A DNA stretch of 64,000 nucleotides, from assembly GCA_965178125.1 (NCBI GenBank), contig OZ237742.1, positions 434,001 to 498,000 of the forward strand. The letters run 5' to 3'. Both the position numbers and the translations under genes were made by a program. Under the pieces are notes generated by a model, which saw only the letters and a program-made list of their open reading frames with translations, was not told where the DNA came from and made no database searches. The DNA comes from Bilabrum cf. latius. Taxonomy: Eukaryota. Of the stretch, positions 1-13,309 are shown in pieces; the stretch's first letter is position 1, and every line of letters starts with the position of its first letter.

Positions 1-2
1 TT

Positions 3-1988
3 GATAGGCTGGGAGATCCTGAGCCGGACGCAGGCGAGGTCGGAGGAGTCCAAGAGGAGAAGGGAGCGCAAGCTACTGGGAGTGTCTAGGCTGGCACACC
101 AGCGAGCGGGGCTGGGGCCGGTGCAGCGGCAATGCAAGACGGTGACGATGCAGTAGATACCGCAACAGGTATAGAACCCAGTACGGCAGACGCGCCTAGA
201 CTCAGACCGGCCGTGGTGGTACTGGGAGCCACATCCAAGCCGGAGAACATCGACCCGGGTCTCAGGCGATCGGGCAGATTCGACAGAGAGGTTGGGCTGG
301 GCATTCCAGACGAGAAGGCGCGGGCGCACATCCTGCGGCGACTCACGCGAGGGATGAAGCTATCTGAAGAAATCAATGTTGAAGACATTGCTAGGCGGTC
401 GCCTGGATACGTTGGAGCTGACCTCGCTGCGCTGACCAAGGAGGCCGCAGTGTGCGCGGTGCACCGCGTGTTCGGAAAGGTAGTGGCGGGATCTGGACTG
501 GGCTCGGCGGCTGCGATCAAGCCTCCAGTGGCTAGCAGTTTGCCAGGCATCGCTGCATCTGGCATGTCTTCGGCGCTGTCCGCATCTGCTGCGGCCACAT
601 CCTCTTCGACCTCGTCTTCCTCCTCGTCCAGCGCTGCAGCGGGCACGACTTCAAGTCAGCGCACGGAGGAGAGCTTCTCCAAGTTCGAGAGGGAGAGCAA
701 ATACTTACGTGAGATGGGCCCGCTCGGCCATGGGCTGCTGGACGAGCTCAAGGTTACGATATCCGATTTCGAAGAGGCACTCAAGAAGGTGCAGCCGTCG
801 GCCACACGGGAAGGCTTCGCCACGGTGCCCAAGGTGACGTGGGACGATGTTGGCGCCCTGCAGAACATCCGAGACGAGCTGCGTCTGTCGATCTTAGAGC
901 CGATTAGGAACCCAGAGGCCTATCAGGACCTCGGCATGCTGGCATCGGCTGGCCTTCTGTTGTTTGGCCCCCCCGGGTGCGGCAAGACTCTGCTGGCCAA
1001 GGCGATCGCGAATTAGAGCGGGGCCAACTTCATTTCCGTCAAGGGCCCCGAGCTGCTTGATAAATACGTGGGAGAATCCGAGCGCGCGGTGCGGCAGGTT
1101 TTCTCCAGGGCCAACGCGTCGGCGCCATGCGTCGTTTTCTTTGACGAGATTGACGCGTTGGCGCCCCGCCGCGGTGGCTCTGGCTCCGGGAATGCCGTGA
1201 CTGATCGGGTTGTAAACTAGCTGCTCACCGAGCTGGATGGCATGGACGTACGACGAGACGTCTTCATCATCGCTGCAACCAACCGACCCGACATCATCGA
1301 CAAGGCCATGCTTCGGCCGGGGCGCCTGGACAAGTTGTTGTACGTGCCTCTGCCCACTGCCAGCGACAGGGCGGCCATCCTGGAGACTCACACCCGCAAG
1401 GTTCCGATGGGCACCGACGTGGACGTGCACAAGCTCGCTCACGATCCTCGCTGCGAAGGATTCTCAGGTGCAGACCTTGCGGGCCTGGTGCGCGAGTCGG
1501 CCATGGAATCTCTTAGAGAGCGGTTGGGTATGGAGCCGAGGGCGGTCGCAGAGAAGAGGATGGCGTCTGCTCCTCGAGGAGTTGGAACAGGTGCGATTGC
1601 AGCGCCAGCGACTGCCGTAGCTTCTACATCCTCGTCGTCTGGTGCTTCAACCGTTGATGTACCAGCCACGCCAGGGGGGACCAAAGCATCCGTCTGTGCC
1701 CGGCACTTCGACGCTGCGTTCGACAAGGTAAGGCCGTCGGTGTCTCGAGCGGACCAGCGGATGTACGAGAGGATCAGGGCCTCCGTGCACGGCCTGAGCG
1801 GGGCAAAGGGCAAGGCTGCGCGAGTGGCAGAAGCAGCCGCGGCCGTAATCAAGGCCTAGAGCAAGGCTGGTCCGGGGGACTCTGGGTCTGAGGCGAGCGC
1901 TGGCGCATCAGGCAGTGCAGCTGACAAGACTGGAGTCAGTGGCTCGTCCGCAGCACCAGTTGGTGCCGGGCCGATGGACGCTGACTGA
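3..1988 (+). CDS. NVL: NVL/Rix7-like double AAA+ ATPase (CDC48 family), 5' end outside window; 4 in-frame TAG
   Basis: One frame joins ORFs 132-1016 and 1242-1859 through TAG 1014 and 1218: [84 protein letters not shown]. Further TAG at 87 and 1857. Ends TGA 1986-1988. Confidence 0.88.
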
Positions 1989-2111
1989 TCTGGGGACGCA
2001 GGTATAAATTAGACACAACGAATTCCGGAATCTCAATCAATCAACAACATACTACCTAGCACCAATGAACTAGAACCTGGCTGGCCGCCAAAACAACTTC
2101 GCAATCCTTCC

Positions 2112-5100
2112 TCAAGTCGACTGTGAGGCGCCCCCTGATTTGCTCAACACCCCCCCGGCACGACGCAGTGGGCTCTCATCTGGATCTGCAGCGGACCGAG
2201 CCTCCCCGATACCTGCGGGCCGGGCATTATTGCCGACGCCGGCAATGCCTCGCCGTGCGTCCCTCGATCTTGCGGCTTCAAATGTCTATGCGGCTGCCTC
2301 GGCCTGCGCCAACGCCCTTGCCAACGCCTCGCCCTGCTGCGCATCTACACCGCGACCAGCACCCGTGGCGGACGCTCGTGCTCGCGCACCAGCACCAACA
2401 GCAAATCCTGGACGTCCGTTTGCAGCCTATGCGGCAGCGCTATTCATGGCTCGCAGGGCAGCGAGGTCGCTCGTGGCCAGTATGGCAGGGTCCGGAAGGG
2501 CCCCCACACTGACGGCTGATTGCCTCGGCGCGCCAGGACCACCGGCTCCTCGCCTGCCATGACTGTGCTGCCCGTGAGTTGCCACCTTGCTCTTCCGCTT
2601 CTTCGATTTCGTGGCACTGGCCCGCTTCCCTCCGCTCGCCGGTGGCTTCCCGCCGGGCCCGTCCTTACTACCATGCGGTCGCGCGGGGCCGGCCAGCGGG
2701 TTGTGGTAGCCCCCTCCCTGCCCGGAATCGCTCAGCCAGTTCGGTCTCGCCCTGCCGATTCCAATGGCACCGCCCCGCCCCCTCTTCGTTTCGCCCCGCT
2801 AGTGGGACTGCCGGGGCCTTCTCTCCAGAGGTGAGCTCGCACGAGACGAGCGTTCGCTGGCTTGGCCACCGCGTTGACTCCCACTGGCACCTGATTGCCG
2901 CTGCGAGCCCGAGCCCGAGCGAGGGCCGGGGCCAGCGCCGCCCTCGCGCGCAGAGCCAGCACCAGCACCAGCATGTCCCCCTGGTCTCATGCCTACCAGC
3001 CCACCTTGCATGGCAGCAGAGGTGCGAGCCGCGGCATGAGCTGCATCGGTTGCATCGCCGGCAACAGGGGTGTCTGTGTCACCACCTCCCGCCATTGACA
3101 ACCGCTGCCAATCTCCATCACCATCCACCCACCTGCGGCGGTCTGGACTGGCAGCCATGCTCCTCGGGCGCTGGTCGTCTGAGTCGCTCGCGTGACTCAC
3201 CGATCGGCTGGACCTGCCGGCCGAGCTAGTTCCATCCCCCCTGTACCCAGCTCTGGAGCGCGGGGGCGGTCGCTAGTTGTCCCTGGCAGACATGTCCAGC
3301 AGTTGCAGCTGCTCTTGCACCGCCTCCTGCGCTGCAGCACTCGCACGAGCCTCACCCGCTCCTGCGTTCGCGGACTCACCCCCGGGGTGTCGCACGATGG
3401 GCAGCTTGGGCACCGCGCTGAGCCCTTTGTCGCCACCTCGTGCACGTCTGGCCGATTGTACCGCCTCATTCGTGAGATCAAGGGGCATGGATGCGTTTGT
3501 GTGCGCTCCTTGATTGCCTCTTGTTCGGCCACCAGCGCTTGCGACGCGGCTGGGGCTCGTGCTGCCGACAGATGGGCCCCTTCCAGCCGGCCTCATCGCC
3601 GTGTCAACGGTACTCTGCTGCAAGCCGCGCATCTTCGGGAGTGCCTCCACGCGAAATGCAGTCCTCTACAAGTCGTACCACCTGCGATCGTCCTTGCCTG
3701 GCTGCTTGCCCTCGCGGCTCGACTCTCCTGCTACGGTCACGCTCCTGGCACTGGCCTCGTCACCGCCCGCCTGCATGTACCGAATGGCATGCAGCCTCAA
3801 GTTGCTGCTGTAGGCAGCCACTTTGCCCAGCTCCTCCCTTCCACTAGATCGGTGCACGCGAACGATCGTCCCGACCGGCAGGTGGGTGTGGTTACACACG
3901 GCCCTCTGGCGCTCTTGCTGGAGCTGCTACGCCAGTGCCGCGGCAGTCTGCTGGGCTTGCGCAAGCGAAAGCGTCATAACCCGGTTCTGTTCCAGAACAG
4001 CAAGTGCAAACGGCCTGGCAGGCCACTTGCGATCATCTAGGTACCTGTGTAGCGCAGGCGGTGCAATTCGCTCCAGCCGTACCAGCTGCTGCTTCTGCAT
4101 ATCGTCCAGGCGACTCTCCAACGAATCGCGGAGCTCCTGCCCGTCCATCTGCCGCTGCAGCTTCTCGTCAACGACCCAGGCAAGCACGCTGAGCACCGTT
4201 TCGTAGAACCCGGCGCCGCCGTCCCCGTCGCTGTCGTCCTCCTCGATGTCCTTGCGGGTCCACCGTGCCGTGCCCCCGCCCGGCGGATCTTCTGCCGACG
4301 CGTCGCTGCCAAAGTGCGGGTATGCGGACTGCAGCAGCTCGTGGAACGCATCGGCTGTCAGCTCGTCCGCGCCTGTGAATGGCCTTGCAGCACCTCCGTC
4401 TGTCGGAGAACCGCCTCCGGGCGAGCTCCTTGGACTGTCACTGGAGGTTCGCGCCAGCAAGTACAGTGCCAAAAGCTGGCGCCGCACCGCGAACGGTGCC
4501 GTGGTGTGCTGCAGAACCTGCCCAACCATCGGAGGAGGCAGCTGCGAGAGCTCCTGCTGCTCGAGGCCGAGGGCTTCCTCTGGCCGCGCGGCAAGCACGA
4601 AGGTACAAAGAGCACGCACATCTGCAGCCGCAATCTCATCCAGCTGGTCAGCCTTTGAGGATACTTCGTCTGCAGGCTTGGTGCGTTCTTTGGAATGGCT
4701 CTCCGAGTCAGATCCTGCAGCAGCCGCGGTCGCGTTGGAGGGCGCCGCGTCACCGCCATCGAGCTCCGCCGCGCGTCGCTTCAAGGCCTCATACCTCTCC
4801 AATGCCGCTGCGGCTCTGCGCTGCCTGGACTTGTTGGTAGGATCATCACCCGCCGTGGACTCTGCTGCTCCTGCCCCAGCAGTGCGTGCTTCGGCTGCAA
4901 CCTCACCAGAACCGGGACCGACGCAACGACTGCAGGCGTGCAGCACGGCAAGACAGTCCGGGATCGGCATGGACTGCGTGTCCAGCAGAGGCAGGAGGTC
5001 GCTCACCTCGTGGGGGCGCGACCCTGCTTGCTGCAAGTACCCGTGCGGCGCTTGCACGCCCGCGGCTTCGCCCTCCCTTAGAAAGCCGTCCCCGAGCCAC

Positions 5101-6494
5101 CCCGACGCAACTTTCCCGGCGCTCTCGCCCGTAGTATCACCGGTCTTGAGCAGGGCAGACCGACGGGCATGCGCAAGGAGCCTCACACGCACGTAGGCGA
5201 GCACAGCCCTGCCAAGTCGGACCAGTCTCCTCTCTGCCTTGGCCCTGCCAGTCTCTCGGCTGCTGCCCGAGGCTGGGCCATCCTCATCGTCTTCGCTTGA
5301 AGAGTCTGGCACGCCGCCCTCCCCGCTCGCTTGCCTCCCGCTCCCACTCGTGCTCCCCGCCGTCCTCCCGCTTGTCAGGTCCAGTTCCTTCCTGCCACCC
5401 TGCTCCGCGCCAGCGTCCCCAGAGGCCCTCAGCCGGGTCCTGGCCTCTTGCGCGAGCAGGAAGAACACCGCAGGGGGTAGTCGAGCAGCAGCACCAGTGG
5501 CATCTCCGGTGCCCAGGCTAAGGAGCCCGTTCCCAGTCGAGCCGGAGCCAGCCGCTCCTCTCCACGACGAGTCTTCCCCCGACGCAGCAGCACCTCCTGC
5601 GCCCTCGCGCTCCCCTTCTTCTTCTTCTTCTTCTTCTTCACCGCCGAGGTCTTGAGGCCTGGACTTGTGCTTGAGGTCGAACTATTCTCGATGAATCTCG
5701 TCCCTGCGCCCTGCCTCGATGGCGGCAGCCTCCTCCTCGAACGCACCCACCAGCCGTCTCCAGGAGACGCCCCTGGCGATCGCCTTGGCGCAGCGCTGGA
5801 CCACGGCATTCTCGGGAGCAGATGCCCCAGCAACGCTCTGCGCGCTCAGTAGTACCCGCAAGGCCTTCTATGGGTCCTGGTCTACTTTCCTGGACAAGAA
5901 CTTGTCCGCGAGGGCCTGCAGGCCGGACATCTGCAAGTAGGACGCAGCTACCCTGACTTGGGCGACGTTGTCTGCGGTGACCAGGGTGGCCACGTTCACC
6001 TCATCCTTGTAGCAAAATCTAGCTACAATGTCGAACACCTCAGCACCGCCTGGGATGGACAGTGGCAGCGGGCCTTCATCGGACGTGTCGTCCTCGAGTA
6101 GAGACTCAAGAAGGGGCGACCCCGTCTTGAGGACAGGATACTTGTGCATGCGGAACACATGGCCATCCACAAGAAACGAAACATCAGCATGAGTTGCGTG
6201 CGCCGGCTCAAATGGCGCAAACTTTCTCTGCTGTTCGCATACGATCACCTGCCCATCCTTGAATCCCAACGCAGCGGGTGTGTCATCCTATCCCACAACA
6301 ACATCTCCAGCCTTAAACACCAGCGTCGATAGGACTAAGTTTCTATGGTACGCATATGAATGGAACAGCTTGGCCATTGTGGTGCTCGGCTTCACCTTGA
6401 AGAAGACTTCGTCATCTTCGGTGGCTTTCTTAACCGACACTGTCAGCACAGCCGCTGCATCCCCACTTCGCGTCTCTGACCCAGACGAACTCAT
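2112..6494 (-). CDS. ~1460-aa protein: SUMO-like N-terminal domain, NPH3-type BTB/POZ domain, putative Tudor-like domain, low-complexity tail; 9 in-frame TAG
   Basis: ORFs 6288-6494, 5868-6269, 3927-5468, 3666-3899, 3273-3650 and 2799-3200 share one frame, separated only by TAG; ends TGA 2112. Motifs EVFFKVKPSTTMAKLF..DTPAALGFKDG (SUMO-like) and FRMHKYPV..IPGGAEVFDIVARFCY (BTB). Confidence 0.8.
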
Positions 6495-7355
6495 GATACC
6501 GACTAAGTTTGCTCAGGCGAACGTGATATGGGCGGCTAAACCCATCAGAGCGCCCCTTCAATGTGCCAATCTGTTCAATTGCAGTTGGGCTCGATTAGCA
6601 CGCAACTCAAGTGAAGCCGTGTCTCGAAACCGAAAATCGGGATTAGTTCTGGGATTAGTTGAGTGGGGATTCGATTCGAGACAAATTTCCGACGGATTAA
6701 CTTGAACTGAGCCTGACATGGTTACATGAGCTGCTAAGGTAGTTTCAAGGCCATGAGTATTATCTTTGATGCTTACATTTAGTTTGAAGAGTAGTCTGGG
6801 TAAAGTTTGATGATGTTTTGATAGTGCCTGGACGCTTCGACTCGACACGTGCCACATTTAATCAAGAGAAATTGGGTTAGGGCTTTGGACTAGTCTGGCG
6901 TAAATCCCGTCGTGATAGATAATCTCATGTGTTCCAAAACACCAGGAGGCTGTGTGGTACCATTCTCACGGGCACCATTGAGCTGCTACGCCCTTCCAGG
7001 ATTCCGTTCGAACCTCCCTCACGTGTCTGCTTGGGCACCTGCTTCTTTGTGCAAATTGATCGAACTCTACGACTATGTCAACGTAAAGTTGATTGTTCAA
7101 ATTAATTAACGCAAGCAAAAGCACTAGCAAAAAGGCCTTCTTGCCGCGTGGTATGCTGGTTGAAGTTAATCCAGAAAATTTAATTCGAACCGAGCACGAA
7201 ATTGGATTAAAATGTGCAATTTAATTATTAATTTAATCCGGATTCGGAGTTTCGAGACAGCACTTGAAAAACCGGACAAATTGCCTACAGGATTCACAGG
7301 CCGGCCAAGCTGGGGCCAGTCTCTATTAGAGTGTTCACACCTAACTCCATACCAA
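6495..7355. promoter_or_regulatory. AT-richer divergent intergenic region with repeated TAATCC/GGATTA motifs
   Basis: Lies between ATG 6494(-) and ATG 7356(+). GGATTA at 6640, 6652, 6694, 7204; TAATCC at 7167, 7234. Confidence 0.55.
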
Positions 7356-10300
7356 ATGGCATATCCAGATGCGAATCCCATTCAACGGATAGCTATTGAT
7401 GACTATGAATTCGCTGCCACGGCATCTGGAACCTTCACCAGGTATATCATCGTCATCGTGCTTAAGGGCAAGGAGTGGTCCGTGAAACGAAGATACTCCA
7501 ACTTCTTGGACCTCCACATGTAGCTTCTCCAGTCCAGGCCTTCGTTGGTACAGACGGTGTACTTTCCTCCGAAGGAGATCTTCTCGACCTTGCTACCTGT
7601 GGTTGAGCATCGCCGGGAGACTTTTCAGCAGTATCTGCGCCGGCTTTCTTAGATTTCTGTGCCGTACGAGGTTTCATCAAGGGGTGTTACACAGGGCTTA
7701 GTGCGACTGCGGGAGTTGGACGAGTTTTTGGAGATTCCACAGCATCTGTTTCCCTCTGCGGTCGACTTGGTCAGGGCGCTCCCTGTTCGCACAGCAACGC
7801 GGCTTGCCGTAGCAAGCGCGGGAACGCAGAGAGTTATCAAGCCTGGAACGCCATTTGCGAGCCCGGGAGCGCAGCGCCTCTCCCGGGGGCGTCGGAGCGC
7901 GCACCTTCAGCGGTCCGCCTCCGCCAGTAGCCAGGCAATGTCGCAAGCCCTGGATGGACAAGCCGCTGCAGACAGGCTCAGCGAGAGGAAACGATCGAAT
8001 TCCGGGGACTCACAGGCGAGCGGGATCTCCCTGGCAACAGTGGAGCCCGGTGCCGGTGGGTCGACCCGCCGAACCGTGCCACCCTCGCTGCCCACGCCAC
8101 CCCCCGCCGTGCAAGCCTCGCTGCTGTCCAGCCCGCCGCTCGCCCCATCAACTTCGCCATCTCAGGGAGCACCGAGAGCCAAGGAGAGCAGCGGCGGTAG
8201 CATGCTTAGCTCGGAGCCACCGCGCCGCAGCTCGATGGTAGACGCCCGCATGCACGGCCACGGTGGGCAGCCCCTCCGGCGAGGACACTCTCACGCGACG
8301 GTGGCCTCGTCCGGCAGCGCGCTGGATGGATTAGATGACTCTCAGTTCCAGGGCAGGAGCTCCCCAGGCGCGTCTAGACGCACCTCATTCGCGGGTGCAT
8401 CTCGAAGGCAGCGGGGGGCCAGCCACGGAGGGGCTGGCCTGGGCGCAGGCGCCCCCGCTGCGCCTGGCCATGCCTAGACATCGAGCGGTGGGGGCGGCTG
8501 GGGGGGCAACAGCAGCTCCAGAGACCCTGTGTTTGCGGGCATGCGCGCGTTCGACTCCTCTGGCGCAACGGGGGGCAGTCCCCTGATCCGTCCGCTCGGG
8601 TCCCGGCCGCCGAGACGAGGCGCGGCTGGGGCAGCGGGCAGCATGACAGCTGAGACGGTGGTGTCGGCGGACAAACGAGTGAAGCGGCTGCTACTCACCG
8701 TCAAGGAGCGGGAAGAGGAGCTCATGCGAGCGGTGGAGCGGCTGCTGACGCCACCTGCCGAGAAGAACAAGCCCAGCACGGACCGCCTGCTTCAGATCAC
8801 AGACCCGGACGAAGTGGCCGTGCCCGACGAGGCCCGCGCCGTCAGGGATCTCTTACGTGCCTGGCGCTCGCAGCCCATGCAATCCCCCGCAGATTCTTTG
8901 GACAGGGTGCGCGAGCTCATCGAGGACCTGGGGGCTTACTCGATCGAGCACAGGAAGGAGATGCTGCGGCCCTACGTGTCGAGGATTAGAGAGGTGGCGG
9001 TGCACGCAGTGCAGTCGGGGCTGGTGCAGTACCTGGAGCGGCAGCTGCAGTCCACCCACTTTCAGGGGATGCGCAGCGCCATGGGCGGGGAGCAGACGGA
9101 CGACGAGGACAAGGCCGCATGGGAGGACGCGTGGAAGCGGGCGGGGCACAAGGTGCCGAGCCGATTCGTGCTCGGGGTACTGCCCTGCCTGAATCTCTTG
9201 TTTAGGAAGCCCCATCAGAGCGGCAAGGCTAGCAACGGTGGCGCTGCTCAGGCACAGGCGGGCGCTCAGGCTGGCTCCGGCGACGAGGAGGATGGCGGCG
9301 AGGAGGACGACGATGGCGAGATCGTGGATGTGGAAGAGCTCTACATTGACGAGGCCACCAAGTACCTGAGAAAATTAGCCCGGCGCGCGGCACAGAGGGT
9401 GGTCATGCTGCCGATCCACCCGGACCTCATGTACCGGGCCCAGCAGTGCGCGGGGGCGGCGGACAGCCTGGTTCACTCGAGGCTGGCAGCAGCGCACGCC
9501 AGGTTTCCCACGCTTCCAGGCCGCCTGTTCGAGGTGCCCCGTGAGATGTGGAAGCGAGTCTCACGGTCATGGGACGACGCCCGCGCCTCGATCGAAGCGA
9601 TGGAAATGCAGCCGCTGCCCTACATGCAGTTGGAAAAGCTGATAGACGCCGCCAGGCAGACCTCCCAGGCCATCACGGACGAGAAACTCGCCCTATCACG
9701 GAGGGTAGCGGCCAGCAGGGGAGAGTCGTCTCCCTCCAAAACGCCGAAATCGTTCGGCCCGGCGGGTGCTGACGAGTTCTTGCCTGGGTTTTTCTGGGTT
9801 GTTGCGAGCGCATTTCCCCACCGCCTTGCAACTATCCACAGCAGCCTCCAGAGGCTCTTGCCGGGGCCAGACGCCAAAGGCGAGGTGCAGTACTTGCTGA
9901 CACACCTCGAGTCATCCGTGATGTTCCTCAGCAGGCTGCACCTCGACGACGACCCGCCAGTGCCGCGCGGACTCGCAGCGCTTCCAGGTGGCGCGGCTGC
10001 GCTGCGACATGACTCGTCGCAGCAGAGCATGCTGGCCTCCCCGGCTCGACCGGCGCTGGGTGTCGCCCAGGAAGGGGACATGGACGTAGAGATGACCGAA
10101 AAGGTGGGTTCTGCCTCCTTCTCGAACCGTGCCTTGGCGATGGATGCGCCTCGCACAGCCTCCGCTCCTGCCGAGCGTGGTCTCGGGAACGGCGCGGGAG
10201 ACGAGATACCGCCAAGCAGCCTCTCAGCCCTGGGCCGCAGCCTGTCTCTCTCCAGTCATGACGATGCGACCATCCCAGGCCTGACGCGCTTCGCTGATGC

Positions 10301-11909
10301 TGACGCTGAGGTGGATTCGTCGGAGGTTCGCCTTCAGTTTCACGCGGACCACCTGACGGTGAGGGCGCTTGACACGCGGTCACAGTCGGTCCGCGACGAC
10401 ATCAGCGAGGCCTCCGCGGCGACTGGTGTATCTGGTCGCACGGGACCGGATGCAGAGGAGCAGGCGGGGACCTCCCTCGCCGGTGACCAGCTTGCTGCTG
10501 TAGACAGCAAGCAAGCAGCACCCTCTGGCGCCACCCTCCACGACGTGGCGCATGCACTCGACCGCGCGTTGCGCCGAGCTAATCCAGCGCTGGGCGCCGC
10601 GAGTGCGGCCGCCTCCAGCCCCGCTGAGAAACGCCGGCAGATTCGGAGGGCCTCGGCGGGCTTAGCCAGGCTTCGGTCCAGGGTAGCCCGCGCTTTTGTG
10701 ACCCACTCTCTCTTCCGTTCGATCGCGCCTTAGGACGCCGTGCGCTGGCTCGTGTACGACATGTGGAGGCAGTCAAGCAGTGCTTCGCTGCTGCAGGCGG
10801 GCACGCGGTTTAGGCAGCAGATCAGCGACGCGCCCATGTGCGTGCGAGGGCCCAGCGCCGGGTGGCTGTGGCTGCTGCATGCGGCACCGCCCCTGCCCGA
10901 GTGGAGCGACAGGTACGCCATGCTGTCCTTCCTGCCACAGCCACCTGCGCCTTCTCGAGACCCCGCGCTCGAGGTGGGCCACTCGTTGCTCCACAAGGGG
11001 GCCCTCACTTCGTCCATGGTGGCGGACGGGCCCGCCACGCCGCAGAGGCCCGTGGATGACTGGCCCGAGTGCACTCGGCGCGTGCTGGTGTGCCAGCGCG
11101 GCACGAACCAGTTCTTCTTCCAGTGCTTTAGCGAGCACGCGGACTGCTCGTGGTCGGCTGCGCGCCCGGGGGAGGTGTACCGAGGGGGTGCCAAGCGGGT
11201 GCTGCAGGCGATGGGGCTGCAGGGCATGGCGGGTGCGCGAGGACATGGTCGAGGAGGAGCGGGGTCTGCCAGTGCCGTGGAGGGCGACGATGATCGGCTG
11301 CACCAGATCGTTGGTATCCGACGGTCGGATTACGTGCCAGTTGCGAGCAGCGAGTCTGGCGATGCCGGCGCTGGGATTGCGGGCGCTGCGACGACTGGCA
11401 GGCCGGCGCAGTCAGCAACCAAAGGCGTCGCTGTGGGGGCTGGCGGTGCCGACGCTGCGATGCTATCGCAGCCTGGCTCCAGCGACGAAGGCCGTGGGGC
11501 TAATGGCATCCCCGCCGGGACACCCATTGCCAGCACAGGCAGTGGGACTGCCGCAGGACGGCCACCCGTCCATGCGGGACCTAGTGCTGGATCAGAGGCA
11601 GCTGGCAGCATCGCAGCGGCTGATGCTGTTACGAGTCCAGCCGGTGGTGGCCTCGATGATGCGATGCACAGCAGCATGATGAGTTGGTGTGGCCCGTTCC
11701 GCACGGCCGACGCCTGCATCATATTCGCGTAGGAGTATTACGAGACTGGAGGCAGGGTGATGGGCGAGGGAGGAAGCTTGGATTCGAGTGCGGGGGCGGC
11801 TTTGTCAAAGGCACGAGCGGCTGTGGGCAGAGGGGCGAGGCCAGGTGCGGTGCAGGGGGCGGGGGTGGCGCCAACACGGCCGTTAGCTGCCGGTGGCAGT
11901 GGGAGCTAA
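7356..11909 (+). CDS. ~1517-aa PX-domain + VPS9-domain protein (putative Rab5-family GEF); 5 in-frame TAG
   Basis: PX: YIIVIVLKGKEWSVKRRYSNFLDLHM*L..FPPKEIF..VVEHRRETFQQYL. VPS9: GADEFLPGFFWVV..GEVQYLLTHLESSVMFL. Single frame through TAG 7521, 7650, 8475, 10731, 11730; ends TAA 11907-11909. Confidence 0.8.
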
Positions 11910-12310
11910 GCTATTCGGACTGCACGGGTGGCTGTGATTCTGGGCACGATCGCGGATGGTAGCTTGTGACCGGTTATGTGCTTATTGGACAGCAGCCTTG
12001 CTGCTTCGGTCGTCCTGATAAGGCCTTGGATGAGCATGATACTATGTAGTACACGCTGTGTTTTTTCAACGTATAGTCTGTGGTCACACACGCATTCAAG
12101 CCTGGGTGGGCGGTGGTGGAGCCAGTAGCGCTGCACCGCGGCACAGCTGCCAATGGGTCCACGCTCCGCTCCCGACAACAAGACGAGTCGAGGTCAAGGT
12201 TCGTCGCTCTCATAGTCAGTTCTGCTCCTCGTTGCGTTGCACAGCCTCATCATACCAAGCATAGAATTCCGACGCAGCAATCCGTGGATGGCGCGCGTCC
12301 ATTCCCACGC

Positions 12311-13309
12311 TCAGTACCAGAGCTCGACCTCAGCCCATGCCGGGTCGCCGAAGACCTCCCGGTGCATGCCCGTGGCCATGTGCGCCCGCGCGTACGACTG
12401 CTAGTACTCCGAGGTCAGTCGCTGGGGAGACTTCCTTGCCCTGCGCACGAACATGCGTGCTACGGCCGCCATTGCGTCGACCGAGTCGGCCGAGTGGTTG
12501 ATCCCAAGGTCTGGGTTCCACTCGAACTGGGGCCTCTCGGGGTGCCACTGGGTGGCGGTGATGGGGAGCGCGGGGTCCTTGGCCTGCAGCGTGGAGACGA
12601 ATTCCTTGCCCTGGCGGTCCTTGTTGGTGGACAGAATCTCCAGCGTGTTGGCGAGCCTGGTCACTTGCTTCCACGCGGAGGGAGGGACGCCGTCGTGGTG
12701 CAGGTTGCTCGTGCAGTTGGTGCCCGTGAGCGTGTCGAGCGCCTGCGAGGGCAGCTCTGAGGTGAGCCACGAGGATGACGCCCTCCCTGCATCCGTCAAA
12801 TCCAAGGGAAGTGATAGATCTTCTGAATCGAATGCGTTCAGATCCAGGATGCCGGTGTCGTTTGCGGCCAATATGGAAATGAGTTGGAAGCCCATGCAGG
12901 TGCCATGCAGAGGAACATAAACCCCATCCTTAGTGTTGCGCCGCACGATGAAATCGTAAATCCGGAGTGCGGTGTTGAAATAGCTTGTACTTGGTTGCAA
13001 GTTCAGTCCGCCGCCGGTAAACAAGACTCCAGAGAGGCCAGTGAGAACCTCCTCGAGCTGGGTCTAGCTCAAATTGTACGGGATCCCTACGACTCGGGCG
13101 CCAGCAGCTTCCAAGAAACCAGCATAGTAATATCCAACGCACGAGTCAGCATCGGTAGGTTTGTCCTTCCAAGCGTGGCTCGCTTCCCGGAACGTTACGC
13201 AATTGGAGGCTGGCACGCCCAAGATTCCAACCACTGGACCGATGTCGAACGTGTTACCAGCAAGAGCAAGCGACGAGGCCATACTAAGAAATGCGACTGA
13301 TTTGATCAT
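12311..13309 (-). CDS. GGH: Gamma-glutamyl hydrolase (peptidase C26) with signal peptide; 2 in-frame TAG
   Basis: PVVGIL, AAGARVVGIPYN, SGVLFTGGG, GTCMGFQ (catalytic Cys), TQWHPE (catalytic His). TAG 13064 and 12401; ends TGA 12311. Confidence 0.9.
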
